Assembly (NCBI RefSeq): GCF_054482595.1
Contig: NZ_CM137008.1
DNA: 64,000 bases
Reading direction: 5' to 3' (one strand)
Within the stretch, counting starts at the first letter, position 1; every line of letters starts with the position of its first letter. Positions 18,379-28,611 of the stretch are shown in pieces. Both the position numbers and the translations under genes were made by a program. The notes beneath the pieces are model-generated. The model saw only the letters and a list, made by a program, of their open reading frames with translations, was not told where the DNA came from and ran no database searches.

Positions 18379-18477
18379 TGGCGACCGCGAAGGAATGCGG
18401 GTATGCCTTAATTTGTCCCGAGTCGAAGTATTAAATCAGCGTTATTTCCTTGGGCCATGTCCATTCTGAGGTGAATT

Positions 18478-19185
18478 ATGGATTTGAATAAATTCGATGA
18501 GCCATTCAGCCCTGAAGATATCGAATGGCGAATACAGCAAAGCGGTAAAACACGCGATGGCAAAGTGTGGGCTATGGTGCTGGCTTATGTCACGAACCGG
18601 GCAATCATGAAACGCCTGGACGATGTTTGCGGCAAAGCAGGATGGCGCAATGAATACCGCGATATTCCCAACAACGGCGGCGTTGAATGCGGCATATCAA
18701 TAAAGATTGATTCCGAATGGGTAACCAAATGGGATGCTGCTGAAAACACGCAGGTAGAAGCCGTCAAAGGTGGTCGTTCCGGTGCAATGAAGCGCGCTGC
18801 CGTTCAGTGGGGAATCGGTAGGTATCTGTATAACCTTGAGGAAGGTTTCGCACAAACATCTCTCGATAAAAAGCAGGGGTGGCACAGGGCAAAACTCAAG
18901 GATGGAACAGGATTTTACTGGCTCCCTCCATCGCTGCCGGGATGGGCAATCCCAGCATCAGATAACAAACCATCACCAGAAAATACCAACCAGAAATCTC
19001 CATCGGTTAACTGCGAACAAATCCTGAAAGACTTCAGCGATTATGCGTCAACAGAAACTGACAAGAAAAAACTCATCGAGCGTTATCAGCGTGACTGGCA
19101 ATTAATGGCTGGCAACGAGGAGGCGCAGGCTAAATGCGTTCAGGTAATGAACATCAGAGTTAACGAGCTAAAACAGGCGGCATAA
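18478..19185 (+). CDS. Putative single-strand annealing protein (Rad52-like)
   Basis: 235 aa immediately upstream of ssb in the position occupied by bet in lambda; family call tentative. Confidence 0.45.
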   Translation: MDLNKFDEPFSPEDIEWRIQQSGKTRDGKVWAMVLAYVTNRAIMKRLDDVCGKAGWRNEYRDIPNNGGVECGISIKIDSEWVTKWDAAENTQVEAVKGGRSGAMKRAAVQWGIGRYLYNLEEGFAQTSLDKKQGWHRAKLKDGTGFYWLPPSLPGWAIPASDNKPSPENTNQKSPSVNCEQILKDFSDYASTETDKKKLIERYQRDWQLMAGNEEAQAKCVQVMNIRVNELKQAA

Positions 19186-19659
19186 ATGGCAAGTAGAGGC
19201 GTAAATAAGGTGATCATTATTGGTCGCCTTGGGCATGATCCAGAAATCAGATATTCACCATCAGGAACGGCATTTGCAAACCTTACAGTTGCTACGTCAG
19301 AACAATGGCGTGATAAGAAAACTGGAGAGCAAAAGGAGCAGACGGAGTGGCACCGCGTGGTAATGAGCGGGAAACTGGCAGAAATTGCCAGCGAATATCT
19401 GCGAAAAGGCTCTGAGGTTTATCTTGAAGGAAAATTGCGGACAAGAAAATGGCAGGATCAAAGCGGACAGGATAGGTTCACTACCGAAGTCATCGTGGGC
19501 GTTGGTGGAACCATGCAAATGCTTGGTGGCAAGCAAGGAGGCAATGAACAGTCTTCACCTCAGCGAAATAACGGTCAGCAACAAAGACAGCAATCTCAGC
19601 AGCAGGGGAATCACAGCGAACCACCTATGAACTTCGACGATTCGGATATTCCGTTCTAG
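19186..19659 (+). CDS. ssb: Single-stranded DNA-binding protein
   Basis: 157 aa; OB-fold region nearly identical to E. coli SSB; Gln/Gly-rich tail ending DIPF. Confidence 0.9.
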   Translation: MASRGVNKVIIIGRLGHDPEIRYSPSGTAFANLTVATSEQWRDKKTGEQKEQTEWHRVVMSGKLAEIASEYLRKGSEVYLEGKLRTRKWQDQSGQDRFTTEVIVGVGGTMQMLGGKQGGNEQSSPQRNNGQQQRQQSQQQGNHSEPPMNFDDSDIPF

Positions 19660-19668
19660 GAGCTGAAT

Positions 19669-20148
19669 ATGAAAATCTGCTCAAGATGCCATCAACAGAA
19701 GGAAGAAAGGGACTTTCAAATCAGAAGAGCATCCAGAGATGGATTAACTGCCGCTTGCCGGGCTTGCCTGGCTGAATATGACAAAGAGCGCGCGGGATTG
19801 CCACATCGAGTATCAGCAAGGAGAAAATATCAATCATCGGAACGCGGAAGAGAACGGTGTAACGCAGCCAAAAAGCGGTTCATTCAGAGCAACCCATGGA
19901 AAAGAAAAGCCCACATCATCGTGGGTAATTTTTTGCGCGACGGTAAGCTAATCCGACCACCACAATGTGAGTGCTGCGGATCAGAATGTAAACCACAGTC
20001 GCACCACTGCGACTACAGCAAACCAACCGATGTGATGTGGCTCTGCAAGTCATGTCATGTCGAGTGGCACAAACATAACAAACCTATCTACCCAGACGAG
20101 GAACCAGTAACTCTCCCCTTCCCTCGTCACGCTATTCACGCAATTTAA
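19669..20148 (+). CDS. Zn-ribbon/HNH-type nuclease-like protein
   Basis: CSRCH and CRAC N-terminal motifs; C-terminal SHHCDYSKP...WLCKSCHVEWH resembles the HNH His-Me finger. Confidence 0.45.
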   Translation: MKICSRCHQQKEERDFQIRRASRDGLTAACRACLAEYDKERAGLPHRVSARRKYQSSERGRERCNAAKKRFIQSNPWKRKAHIIVGNFLRDGKLIRPPQCECCGSECKPQSHHCDYSKPTDVMWLCKSCHVEWHKHNKPIYPDEEPVTLPFPRHAIHAI

Positions 20149-20156
20149 GGACTTAC

Positions 20157-20705
20157 ATGAATCACTTGATGGTTGACCTTGAAACAATGGGCAACGGGCC
20201 ATACGCGCCAGTTATTTCTATTGGGGCGGTATTCTTTGATCCGAATACCGGAGAAACAGGAGAAGAGTTCTCGGTAAATATCTCGCTTGAATCATCAATG
20301 CGATATCGAGCGCGTCCTGACGCTTCAACGATTTTATGGTGGCTGGAACAGAGTGAAGAAGCCAGAAAATCGCTAACCAGCAACACTCAGGAGCTTTCAA
20401 CGGCTCTTTCATGGTTATCTGAATTCATCATAAAGAACGCTAACCACAAATTCGTTCAGGTTTGGGGGAATGGAGCATCATTTGACTGCGTTATTCTCCG
20501 AAACAGTTATTCGCTGACAGGGCAGCCAGTTCCGTGGCAGTGGTGGAATGACCGCGACGTAAGAACAATCGTCGAACTTGGGAAGGTAATAGGATTCGAC
20601 CCTAAGCGAGATATGCCATTCAAAGGAACTCGCCACAACGCTCTTGATGATGCCATTCACCAAGCCAAATACGTTTCAGCGATCTGGAAAAAGTTAGCTA
20701 AATAA
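20157..20705 (+). CDS. DEDDh-type 3'-5' exonuclease
   Basis: MVDLETMG (Exo I) and HNALDDA (Exo III) motifs. Confidence 0.65.
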   Translation: MNHLMVDLETMGNGPYAPVISIGAVFFDPNTGETGEEFSVNISLESSMRYRARPDASTILWWLEQSEEARKSLTSNTQELSTALSWLSEFIIKNANHKFVQVWGNGASFDCVILRNSYSLTGQPVPWQWWNDRDVRTIVELGKVIGFDPKRDMPFKGTRHNALDDAIHQAKYVSAIWKKLAK

Positions 20706-20721
20706 TCAACAGGAGAAAACC

Positions 20722-21018
20722 ATGCCAGCGCCTCTGTATGGTGCGGATGACCCGCGCCGCTGTTCCGGCAATTCCGTATCGGAGGTGCTGGATAAATTCA
20801 GAAAAAACTACGATCGGATAATGTCGCTACCTCAGGAAACGAAAGAGGAAAAGGAATTTCGCCATTGTATATGGCTTGCAGAGAAAGAAGAACGCGAGCG
20901 AATTTACCAGACATCAATCCGACCATTCCGCAAAGCCACATATACCCACTTCCCTGAATATATCGACCCGCGCCTGCGTAATTACCGCTCACGCTATGGC
21001 GCTATCAGTAATGACTGA
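20722..21018 (+). CDS. Hypothetical phage protein
   Basis: 98 aa ORF, no recognised family. Confidence 0.3.
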   Translation: MPAPLYGADDPRRCSGNSVSEVLDKFRKNYDRIMSLPQETKEEKEFRHCIWLAEKEERERIYQTSIRPFRKATYTHFPEYIDPRLRNYRSRYGAISND

Positions 21019-21171
21019 GGAATTTACCATGAGAGGACTTGCATACAATCCCGGCATTCTTCCGGCAGAAATGATTATTCGCCAACGCGTAAAGCCAATG
21101 CCATCGAGAGAGGGATTACTTAAGCGAAACTCGTTTCCATCAGTGAATCAAAACAAATATCTGAATGCGAT

Positions 21172-21576
21172 GTGGCGGAGTGGGAAGAAATGAAACAAAT
21201 GTCACTAATTGAGATGGATGGTTTTCTGAAAGGTAAATGCATCCCACGAGATTTAAAGGTTAACGAAACAAACGCTGAATATCTGGTGCGTAAATTTGCT
21301 GAAGCGGAGGCCAAGTGCGCGGCGCTGGCAGCGGATAATGCGGCGCTTAAACAGTCGGAGAAGGAATTTAATAACTTCTGTCGTCAGGAGTACTACGGTT
21401 GGGAGGACAACTTCACGGAAACCCCAGCCACCGATGCTTTCCTGGCTGAAGTACGGGCGCAGGGTGTGGAGATGGCTATGGAGCATATGCAGTCGAGCGG
21501 TTCGTTAACATTTGGAGATTGCTACATATCACTTAACGAGTTCGCCGCAGAGCTTCGCAAAGGAGGTAACCAGTGA
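21172..21576 (+). CDS. Hypothetical phage protein (start uncertain)
   Basis: 134 aa ORF; internal Mets at codons 7 and 10 are alternative starts. Confidence 0.3.
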   Translation: MAEWEEMKQMSLIEMDGFLKGKCIPRDLKVNETNAEYLVRKFAEAEAKCAALAADNAALKQSEKEFNNFCRQEYYGWEDNFTETPATDAFLAEVRAQGVEMAMEHMQSSGSLTFGDCYISLNEFAAELRKGGNQ

Positions 21577-21872
21577 GTGTATATCTCATTGATAAACGCC
21601 GACGTGGGCAACAAATACCACCTGTAGGAATTCCGAATCACACATGGTTTTGCGTACTTGATATCGATGGCATGGATAAGTTTGTTGACACTCGTCATTA
21701 CTGCGATACCGCAACAGCTACTCCGGCGAAAGCAAAGAAAATGGCTGCTCTGATAGAAAACTGGACTCCACCTGATGGGTGGTGCAATGGGAATGATCGA
21801 GATTGGCATGAAAAAATGAAGGGCTATATCTGCGATTTCTTACGTAAATGCAACGGCTTCAGGGTGATGTGA
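21573..21872 (+). CDS. Hypothetical phage protein
   Basis: 99 aa ORF overlapping neighbours by 4 bp, typical operon packing. Confidence 0.3.
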   Translation: MSVYLIDKRRRGQQIPPVGIPNHTWFCVLDIDGMDKFVDTRHYCDTATATPAKAKKMAALIENWTPPDGWCNGNDRDWHEKMKGYICDFLRKCNGFRVM

Positions 21873-21873
21873 C

Positions 21874-22554
21874 ATGAACAAGATTGACTATCAGGCACTG
21901 CGTGAGGCAGCAGAAAAAGCAACGTGTGGTGCGTGGTCGCTCGAATATGGAGAGGAGAGATTTGATGCTGGTGATGCGCTAATTCATCGTGAAGTTGTTG
22001 GATATCTTCCCATTTGCAGAATTGAAGGAGCGCATCCTGAAAGCGGTTTCGATGAAGATTTCCAAATGGAACAGCAGGCCAATGCTGAATTCATCGCCGC
22101 AGCCAATCCGGCTACCGTCTTGGCGCTGCTTGATGAACTGGAAGCCGCAGAGAAGCGTATCGCTGAATTGGAGTCACTGACTGTACCACAGTTACCGCAG
22201 CAAGCGGTGCCGGATGAAATGCCGGAGCCAGATACCGCGAGAATGTTCTTTACCGATGCAGTTGTGGCAATAGCTAAGGTTCAAGGCTGGAACGCCTGCC
22301 GCGCTGCCATGCTTCATAGTGCCGAACCTGTAAGCCAGGCTTACAAGTTGAACGCGCTGGATGGCAACTCTCCGGTAACTCCGGATGGTTGGGTTATGGT
22401 GCCGAAGGAGTTAACGCCGGAAATGATGAGAGCCGTTCAGATTAGAAGTGAGCTTGGAGGGTATGCCACTTCCAATCTATCTGGTGCATACAATATGTTT
22501 TCTGAGTTCTGGAATGTTGCTGTCTCAGCTGCGCCTAAGGTGGATGATTTATGA
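21874..22554 (+). CDS. Ead/Ea22-like protein
   Basis: 226 aa; N-terminal ALREAAEKAT.GAW...AAANPATVLALLDELEAAE resembles the Ead/Ea22 family. Confidence 0.45.
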   Translation: MNKIDYQALREAAEKATCGAWSLEYGEERFDAGDALIHREVVGYLPICRIEGAHPESGFDEDFQMEQQANAEFIAAANPATVLALLDELEAAEKRIAELESLTVPQLPQQAVPDEMPEPDTARMFFTDAVVAIAKVQGWNACRAAMLHSAEPVSQAYKLNALDGNSPVTPDGWVMVPKELTPEMMRAVQIRSELGGYATSNLSGAYNMFSEFWNVAVSAAPKVDDL

Positions 22555-22853
22555 ATCTCTATCGCTGCCCATTCTGTGGTTCCACTGTGCTTAACATCGG
22601 ATACTCATTCAGTATCAGAGGGAAAATGCGCTATGTGTCATGCAAATGTGGTGCCCAAGGACCAGAAAAACGAACTAGATCTGAAGCGATTTCTTCATGG
22701 AATAGTCGAATGAAAGTATGGGTTTATGATCCAGAAACCATATTAAACGCTGAAGAGCGCAGGAGAACGGAAGTCTATATTCATAACCTTAATGAAGATG
22801 GATTTACACCAGTGCTTGTAAAGGCTACTCCGCAGGAGGTTAACCATGGCTAA
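22551..22853 (+). CDS. Lar-like restriction alleviation family protein
   Basis: N-terminal YRCPFCGS zinc-ribbon typical of the Lar family; 100 aa. Confidence 0.45.
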   Translation: MNLYRCPFCGSTVLNIGYSFSIRGKMRYVSCKCGAQGPEKRTRSEAISSWNSRMKVWVYDPETILNAEERRRTEVYIHNLNEDGFTPVLVKATPQEVNHG

Positions 22854-22940
22854 CCTGCAACTTGACGTCAAAGGTGAATAACAATCCTCGCATTCGCGGG
22901 GATTTCTTTTATCTGAACTCGCTACGGCGAGTTTTATTTT

Positions 22941-23252
22941 ATGGAGATGATTATGACCTGTTCAACATTCAACCCTCTAACGTTACAGAAATACCAGCCA
23001 GACCCTGAAGATTTATGCTCACTGTGTGGCGGAAATCATGGTAAAGCCGCCATGATCGAATGTAAGGACAAAATCCACATTTGCCTTAATTGCGTTGATG
23101 TCCTCGTTGATATCAAAAATGAGAGAGAAGATAAAAAGCGTAGCGAGGCTGTTAGCGCCTTAGATTCATGGATGCGAGATGGGTATAGTGCCGCGCAAAT
23201 TTATGACTTAGCCATTTCAAAAGGCGAAATACCAGGAGTACGCATCGAATAA
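22941..23252 (+). CDS. Hypothetical Cys-rich (zinc-finger-like) protein
   Basis: 103 aa with CSLCGG and CLNC motifs. Confidence 0.3.
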   Translation: MEMIMTCSTFNPLTLQKYQPDPEDLCSLCGGNHGKAAMIECKDKIHICLNCVDVLVDIKNEREDKKRSEAVSALDSWMRDGYSAAQIYDLAISKGEIPGVRIE

Positions 23253-23292
23253 GACATAACCGATATTCGAATTGAAGAACTGAAAGAACACC

Positions 23293-23318
23293 AAGCCGCC
23301 TGATGGCGGTTTTTTCTT
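23293..23318 (+). terminator. Rho-independent terminator upstream of xis
   Basis: GCCGCC-TGAT-GGCGGT hairpin followed by TTTTTT. Confidence 0.4.
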
Positions 23319-23342
23319 GCGTGTAATTGCGGAGACTTTGCG

Positions 23343-23561
23343 ATGTACTTGACACTTCAGGAGTGGAACGCACGCCAGCGACGCCCAAGAAGCCTTGAAA
23401 CAGTTCGTCGATGGGTACGCGAGTGCAGGATATTCCCTCCTCCGGTTAAGGATGGAAGAGAGTATCTGTTCCACGAATCAGCGGTAAAGGTTGACTTAAA
23501 TCGACCAGTAACAGGTAGCCTTTTGAAGAGGATCAGAAATGGGAAGAAGGCGAAGTCATGA
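23343..23561 (+). CDS. xis: Excisionase (lambda Xis)
   Basis: 72 aa MYLTLQEWNARQRRPRSLETVRRWVRE..., matches recalled lambda Xis. Confidence 0.9.
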   Translation: MYLTLQEWNARQRRPRSLETVRRWVRECRIFPPPVKDGREYLFHESAVKVDLNRPVTGSLLKRIRNGKKAKS

Positions 23562-24609
23562 GCGCCGGGATTTACCCCCTAACCTTTATATAAGAAACAA
23601 TGGATATTACTGCTACAGGGACCCAAGGACGGGTAAAGAGTTTGGATTAGGCAGAGACAGGCGAATCGCAATCACTGAAGCCATACAGGCCAACATTGAG
23701 TTATTTTCAGGACACAAACACAAGCCTCTGACAGCGAGAATCAACAGTGATAATTCCGTTACGTTACATTCATGGCTTGATCGCTACGAAAAAATCCTGG
23801 CCAGCAGAGGAATCAAGCAGAAGACACTCATAAATTACATGAGCAAAATTAAAGCAATACGGGGGGGGCTGCCTGATGCTCCACTTGAAGACATCACCAC
23901 AAAAGAAATTGCGGCAATGCTCAATGGATACATAGACGAGGGCAAGGCGGCGTCAGCCAAGTTAATCAGATCAACACTGAGCGATGCATTCCGAGAGGCA
24001 ATAGCTGAAGGCCATATAACAACAAACCCTGTCGCTGCCACTCGCGCAGCAAAATCAGAGGTAAGGAGATCAAGACTTACGGCTGACGAATACCTGAAAA
24101 TTTATCAAGCAGCAGAATCATCACCATGTTGGCTCAGACTTGCAATGGAACTGGCTGTTGTTACCGGGCAACGAGTTGGTGATTTATGCGAAATGAAGTG
24201 GTCTGATATCGTAGATGGATATCTTTATGTCGAGCAAAGCAAAACAGGCGTAAAAATTGCCATCCCAACAACATTGCATGTTGATGCTCTCGGGATATCA
24301 ATGAAGGAAACACTCGATAAATGCAAAGAGATTCTTGGCGGAGAAACCATAATTGCATCTACTCGTCGTGAACCGCTTTCATCCGGCACAGTATCAAGGT
24401 ATTTTATGCGCGCACGAAAAGCATCAGGTCTTTCCTTCGAAGGGGATCCGCCTACCTTTCACGAGTTGCGCAGTTTGTCTGCAAGACTCTATGAGAAGCA
24501 GATAAGCGATAAGTTTGCTCAACATCTTCTCGGGCATAAGTCGGACACCATGGCATCACAGTATCGTGATGACAGAGGCAGGGAGTGGGACAAAATTGAA
24601 ATCAAATAA
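23539..24609 (+). CDS. int: Tyrosine integrase (lambda Int)
   Basis: 356 aa; matches recalled lambda Int; overlaps xis as in lambda. Confidence 0.95.
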   Translation: MGRRRSHERRDLPPNLYIRNNGYYCYRDPRTGKEFGLGRDRRIAITEAIQANIELFSGHKHKPLTARINSDNSVTLHSWLDRYEKILASRGIKQKTLINYMSKIKAIRGGLPDAPLEDITTKEIAAMLNGYIDEGKAASAKLIRSTLSDAFREAIAEGHITTNPVAATRAAKSEVRRSRLTADEYLKIYQAAESSPCWLRLAMELAVVTGQRVGDLCEMKWSDIVDGYLYVEQSKTGVKIAIPTTLHVDALGISMKETLDKCKEILGGETIIASTRREPLSSGTVSRYFMRARKASGLSFEGDPPTFHELRSLSARLYEKQISDKFAQHLLGHKSDTMASQYRDDRGREWDKIEIK

Positions 24610-24663
24610 TGATTTTATTTTGACTGATAGTGACCTGTTCGTTGCAACAAATTGATAAGCAAT

Positions 24664-24697
24664 GCTTTTTTATAATGCCAACTTAGTATAAAAAAGC
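24664..24697. promoter_or_regulatory. sib/tI-like inverted repeat overlapping the att core
   Basis: GCTTTTTTATA ... TATAAAAAAGC inverted repeat immediately downstream of int. Confidence 0.45.
24683..24697. other. attL: attL core of prophage (lambda common core, reverse complement TTAGTATAAAAAAGC) at the prophage-host junction
   Basis: 15-bp core flanked on one side by recalled lambda P' arm sequence and on the other by host sequence (AGGCTTCA = reverse complement of the attB left arm TGAAGCCT). Confidence 0.85.
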
Positions 24698-24743
24698 AGG
24701 CTTCAACGGATTCATTTTTCTATTTCATAGCCCGGAGCAACCT

Positions 24744-26027
24744 GTGAACACATTTTCAGTTTCCCGTCTGGCGCTGGCATTGGCTTTTGGCGTGACGCTG
24801 ACCGCCTGTAGCTCAACACCACCCGATCAACGTCCTTCTGATCAAACTGCGCCTGGTACCTCTTCTCGCCCGATTCTGTCGGCAAAAGAAGCGCAGAATT
24901 TCGATGCTCAACACTATTTTGCATCCCTGACACCAGGTGCTGCAGCGTGGAATCCGTCCCCGATAACCCTGCCTGCGCAACCTGACTTTGTTGTCGGCCC
25001 GGCGGGTACTCAAGGTGTAACGCATACCACGATTCAGGCGGCGGTAGATGCGGCAATTATCAAGCGCACCAACAAGCGCCAGTATATTGCCGTGATGCCT
25101 GGTGAGTATCAGGGAACGGTGTATGTCCCTGCTGCTCCAGGTGGAATTACTCTGTACGGTACAGGTGAAAAACCGATTGATGTGAAGATTGGGCTTTCCC
25201 TTGATGGGGGCATGAGCCCTGCCGACTGGCGTCACGACGTCAACCCGCGCGGCAAATATATGCCAGGTAAACCAGCGTGGTATATGTACGATAGCTGCCA
25301 GAGCAAACGCAGCGACAGTATCGGTGTTCTGTGTTCTGCGGTCTTCTGGTCACAAAACAATGGCCTGCAACTGCAAAACCTGACCATCGAAAACACGCTG
25401 GGTGATAGCGTAGATGCGGGTAACCATCCGGCGGTGGCACTGCGTACTGACGGTGACCAGGTACAGATTAACAACGTTAACATTCTCGGTCGTCAGAACA
25501 CCTTCTTTGTCACCAACAGCGGTGTGCAGAACCGTCTGGAAACGAATCGTCAGCCGCGTACGCTGGTGACCAACAGCTACATTGAAGGGGATGTGGATAT
25601 CGTTTCTGGTCGCGGCGCAGTGGTGTTCGATAACACCGAATTCCGCGTGGTGAACTCACGTACTCAGCAAGAAGCGTATGTGTTTGCACCGGCTACGCTG
25701 TCCAACATTTACTACGGTTTCCTCGCCGTAAACAGCCGTTTCAATGCTTCCGGTGATGGCGTGGCACAACTGGGCCGCTCGCTGGATGTTGATGCCAATA
25801 CCAACGGTCAGGTGGTGATCCGTGATAGCGCCATCAACGAAGGTTTTAATACGGCTAAACCGTGGGGCGATGCGGTGATCTCTAATCGTCCGTTTGCGGG
25901 TAACACCGGCAGCGTTGACGATAGCGACGAAATACAGCGCAATCTGAATGACACTAACTACAACCGCATGTGGGAATACAATAACCGCGGCGTGGGTAGC
26001 AAAGTGGTTGCAGAGGCGAAGAAGTAA
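24744..26027 (+). CDS. ybhC: Pectinesterase-family outer-membrane lipoprotein (putative acyl-CoA thioesterase) YbhC
   Basis: 427 aa with lipoprotein signal (LTACSS); recognised as E. coli YbhC. Confidence 0.85.
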   Translation: MNTFSVSRLALALAFGVTLTACSSTPPDQRPSDQTAPGTSSRPILSAKEAQNFDAQHYFASLTPGAAAWNPSPITLPAQPDFVVGPAGTQGVTHTTIQAAVDAAIIKRTNKRQYIAVMPGEYQGTVYVPAAPGGITLYGTGEKPIDVKIGLSLDGGMSPADWRHDVNPRGKYMPGKPAWYMYDSCQSKRSDSIGVLCSAVFWSQNNGLQLQNLTIENTLGDSVDAGNHPAVALRTDGDQVQINNVNILGRQNTFFVTNSGVQNRLETNRQPRTLVTNSYIEGDVDIVSGRGAVVFDNTEFRVVNSRTQQEAYVFAPATLSNIYYGFLAVNSRFNASGDGVAQLGRSLDVDANTNGQVVIRDSAINEGFNTAKPWGDAVISNRPFAGNTGSVDDSDEIQRNLNDTNYNRMWEYNNRGVGSKVVAEAKK

Positions 26028-26039
26028 GAGCTATTAACT

Positions 26040-26165
<126 letters not shown>

Positions 26166-26167
26166 TT

Positions 26168-28429
26168 TTACATCTGACGGTTTTTATTGAAGTTAATCAA
26201 ACTACCCGCCTTGATAATCTCGCGCTCTTCAGCAGTCAGACTTTCCATATAGAGCGTAATTTCCGTTACCGGCGCATCTTCATGGATCACATAACCTTTA
26301 AACGTCGTACCCGGATTATCCAGCGCCGCTTTAATGCCAGGGATGTAAATGTAATCCCCCACTTCAAAGGTTGGCACTTCCGCCATCTGCAGAGGTAACA
26401 TCCCCCAGTTGATGACGTTAGAACGGTAGCGTTTAGTCGCGTACTCCTCGGCAATATTCGCCAGACCGCCAATCACACGCTGACAACTCGCCGCCTGTTC
26501 ACGCGCAGAACCATCGCCTGGTTTCACCGCATAGACCATGCTGCCAATTTCAGTTTGCAGCGGATCAATATGCTCCTGACCAGCAATCTGCTTAATGCGC
26601 GCAAACACCTCTGTCAGCTCGCTGACATTCCCCGCCAGACGCTGATTTTCCAGCTCAGCAGTCGCTTTACTTCTGCCAACATAACCTGGATCGCGGCGTG
26701 ACAGGGTAAACTCCGCCAGACCAATCGGATTTGAACGATAAGAAGAGGTTTCACCGGAAGGAATCAGTTCGTCGGTGGTGGTCACTTCGTCGAGGATCTT
26801 CGAGCACACTTTGAGGACGATATTGTCAGTCAGCGCCCCCAATTCCGGCCAGTCTTTAATGTTCGGTCCGTAAATCAGCGGTTGCTGAGTTGCCCCTTTC
26901 ACAATGCCCTGATAAACACGGTTTTTATACGGCGTTACATCGAAGGCGTACTCCGGCACGTTGTCCCAGCAATCAAGTTCGCTGGCAGAGGTTAAATAGC
27001 CACCGTTTGCCGCAGTCGCAGCGATAGAACGAGCGTCCATCAACGCCACCGCTGACATCTGCCCATTAGCTGGCTTAGAGCCTTCGCGGTTCGGGAAGTT
27101 ACGCGTGGTGTGGCGAATACTCAAACCGTTGTTGATTGGCGTATCGCCCGCGCCAAAGCATGGGCCACAGAACGCGGTTCTGATAATTGCGCCTGCGCCA
27201 ATCAAATCTGCTACCACACCTTTTTTGGCTAAATCCATAAACACCGGCTGTGATGACGGGTAAACCGCCAGCGAGAAGGTGTCATTGCCACAGGATTGAC
27301 CGCGCAGTGCATTCGCCGCCGCGATGACGTTTTCGTAGTTACCGCCAGAACAGCCCGCGATAATCCCCTGCTGCACTTTCAGGCGACCATTTTCCACTTT
27401 ATCCAGCAGCGAGAGTTTGGCCTTACCGTGCGCCACGCGTTCGGACTCAATTTCAATCTCACGCAGAATGTCGGTCAGGTTCTGGTTCAGTGTGTCGATT
27501 TCATACACGTTGCTCGGGTGGAACGGCAGCGCAATCATTGGTTTGATGGCACTTAAATCAACGCTGATGCAGCCATCGTAGTACGCCATCGGTTGAGGGT
27601 TAAGCTGGCAGTAATCCTGGCCGCGACCGTGCAGCGTCAGCCAGTTATGGACTTCTTCATCGGTTTGCCAGACAGAACTTAAACAGGTCGTTTCAGTGGT
27701 CATAACGTCAACGCTGTTACGGAAATCGGTAGAGAGCGCAGCAACACCGGGACCTACGAATTCCATCACTTTGTTTTTGACGTAGCCGTTTTTGAACACG
27801 GCACCGATGATAGCCAGCGCCACATCCTGCGGCCCCACATACGGCGCTGGTTTTCCGGTCAGATGCACCGCAACAACTCCCGGATAGTCGATATCCCAGG
27901 TGTCATTAAGCAGCTGTTTTACCAACTCACCGCCGCCCTCACCGACTGCCATTGTCCCTAATGCACCGTAACGGGTGTGGCTGTCTGACCCGAGGATCAT
28001 TTTGCCCCCGCCTGCCATCATCTCACGCATATATTGATGGATGACCGCAATATGCGGAGGCACAAAAATACCGCCATAACGCTGAGCTGCCGATAAACCA
28101 AAAACATGGTCATCACCGTTAATGGTGCCGCCGACGGCGCAGAGTGAGTTATGGCAGTTGGTCAGCACATACGGCAGCGGGAAACGTTCCATTCCGGACG
28201 CTTTAGCGGTCTGTACAATACCAACAAAGGTAATATCGTGAGAGGCTAATGAATCAAACTTAATTTTAAGTTTATCCATATTTCCGGACGTATTATGAGA
28301 ATAGAGAATAGACCAGGCAATAGTGCCTTTTTTGGCTTCTTCTTTTTTAATTTCGCCGGTGAAATGTTCTTCGGCAATTATTTCGTTATTACTGGCGAGA
28401 AACACGCCTTTTTCAGATAACTTGATCAT
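26168..28429 (-). CDS. ybhJ: Aconitase-family hydratase YbhJ
   Basis: Aconitase signature GSDSHT and Fe-S ligand cysteines; start set at Met MIKLSEK. Confidence 0.8.
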   Translation of the reverse strand: MIKLSEKGVFLASNNEIIAEEHFTGEIKKEEAKKGTIAWSILYSHNTSGNMDKLKIKFDSLASHDITFVGIVQTAKASGMERFPLPYVLTNCHNSLCAVGGTINGDDHVFGLSAAQRYGGIFVPPHIAVIHQYMREMMAGGGKMILGSDSHTRYGALGTMAVGEGGGELVKQLLNDTWDIDYPGVVAVHLTGKPAPYVGPQDVALAIIGAVFKNGYVKNKVMEFVGPGVAALSTDFRNSVDVMTTETTCLSSVWQTDEEVHNWLTLHGRGQDYCQLNPQPMAYYDGCISVDLSAIKPMIALPFHPSNVYEIDTLNQNLTDILREIEIESERVAHGKAKLSLLDKVENGRLKVQQGIIAGCSGGNYENVIAAANALRGQSCGNDTFSLAVYPSSQPVFMDLAKKGVVADLIGAGAIIRTAFCGPCFGAGDTPINNGLSIRHTTRNFPNREGSKPANGQMSAVALMDARSIAATAANGGYLTSASELDCWDNVPEYAFDVTPYKNRVYQGIVKGATQQPLIYGPNIKDWPELGALTDNIVLKVCSKILDEVTTTDELIPSGETSSYRSNPIGLAEFTLSRRDPGYVGRSKATAELENQRLAGNVSELTEVFARIKQIAGQEHIDPLQTEIGSMVYAVKPGDGSAREQAASCQRVIGGLANIAEEYATKRYRSNVINWGMLPLQMAEVPTFEVGDYIYIPGIKAALDNPGTTFKGYVIHEDAPVTEITLYMESLTAEEREIIKAGSLINFNKNRQM

Positions 28430-28611
28430 CAAATGCTCCAGACATCTGCGCACCGTGAAGTGCGCAGCAAGAAAATAAATGGATATACTCTAAATAATTC
28501 GAGTTGCAGGAAGGCGACAAGCGAGTGAATCCCCAGGAGCTTACATAAGTAAGTGACTGGGGTGAGCGAACGCAGACGCAGCACATGCAACTTGAAGTAT
28601 GACGAGTATAT

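Larger units (their letters stand above)
1..24697. mobile_element. Lambdoid prophage, int-proximal part; continues beyond the left window edge
   Basis: Contiguous phage gene order portal-terminase-lysis-Q-nin-P/O-cII-cro-cI-N-cIII-kil-recombination-xis-int, ending at an att core joined to host sequence. Confidence 0.9.
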
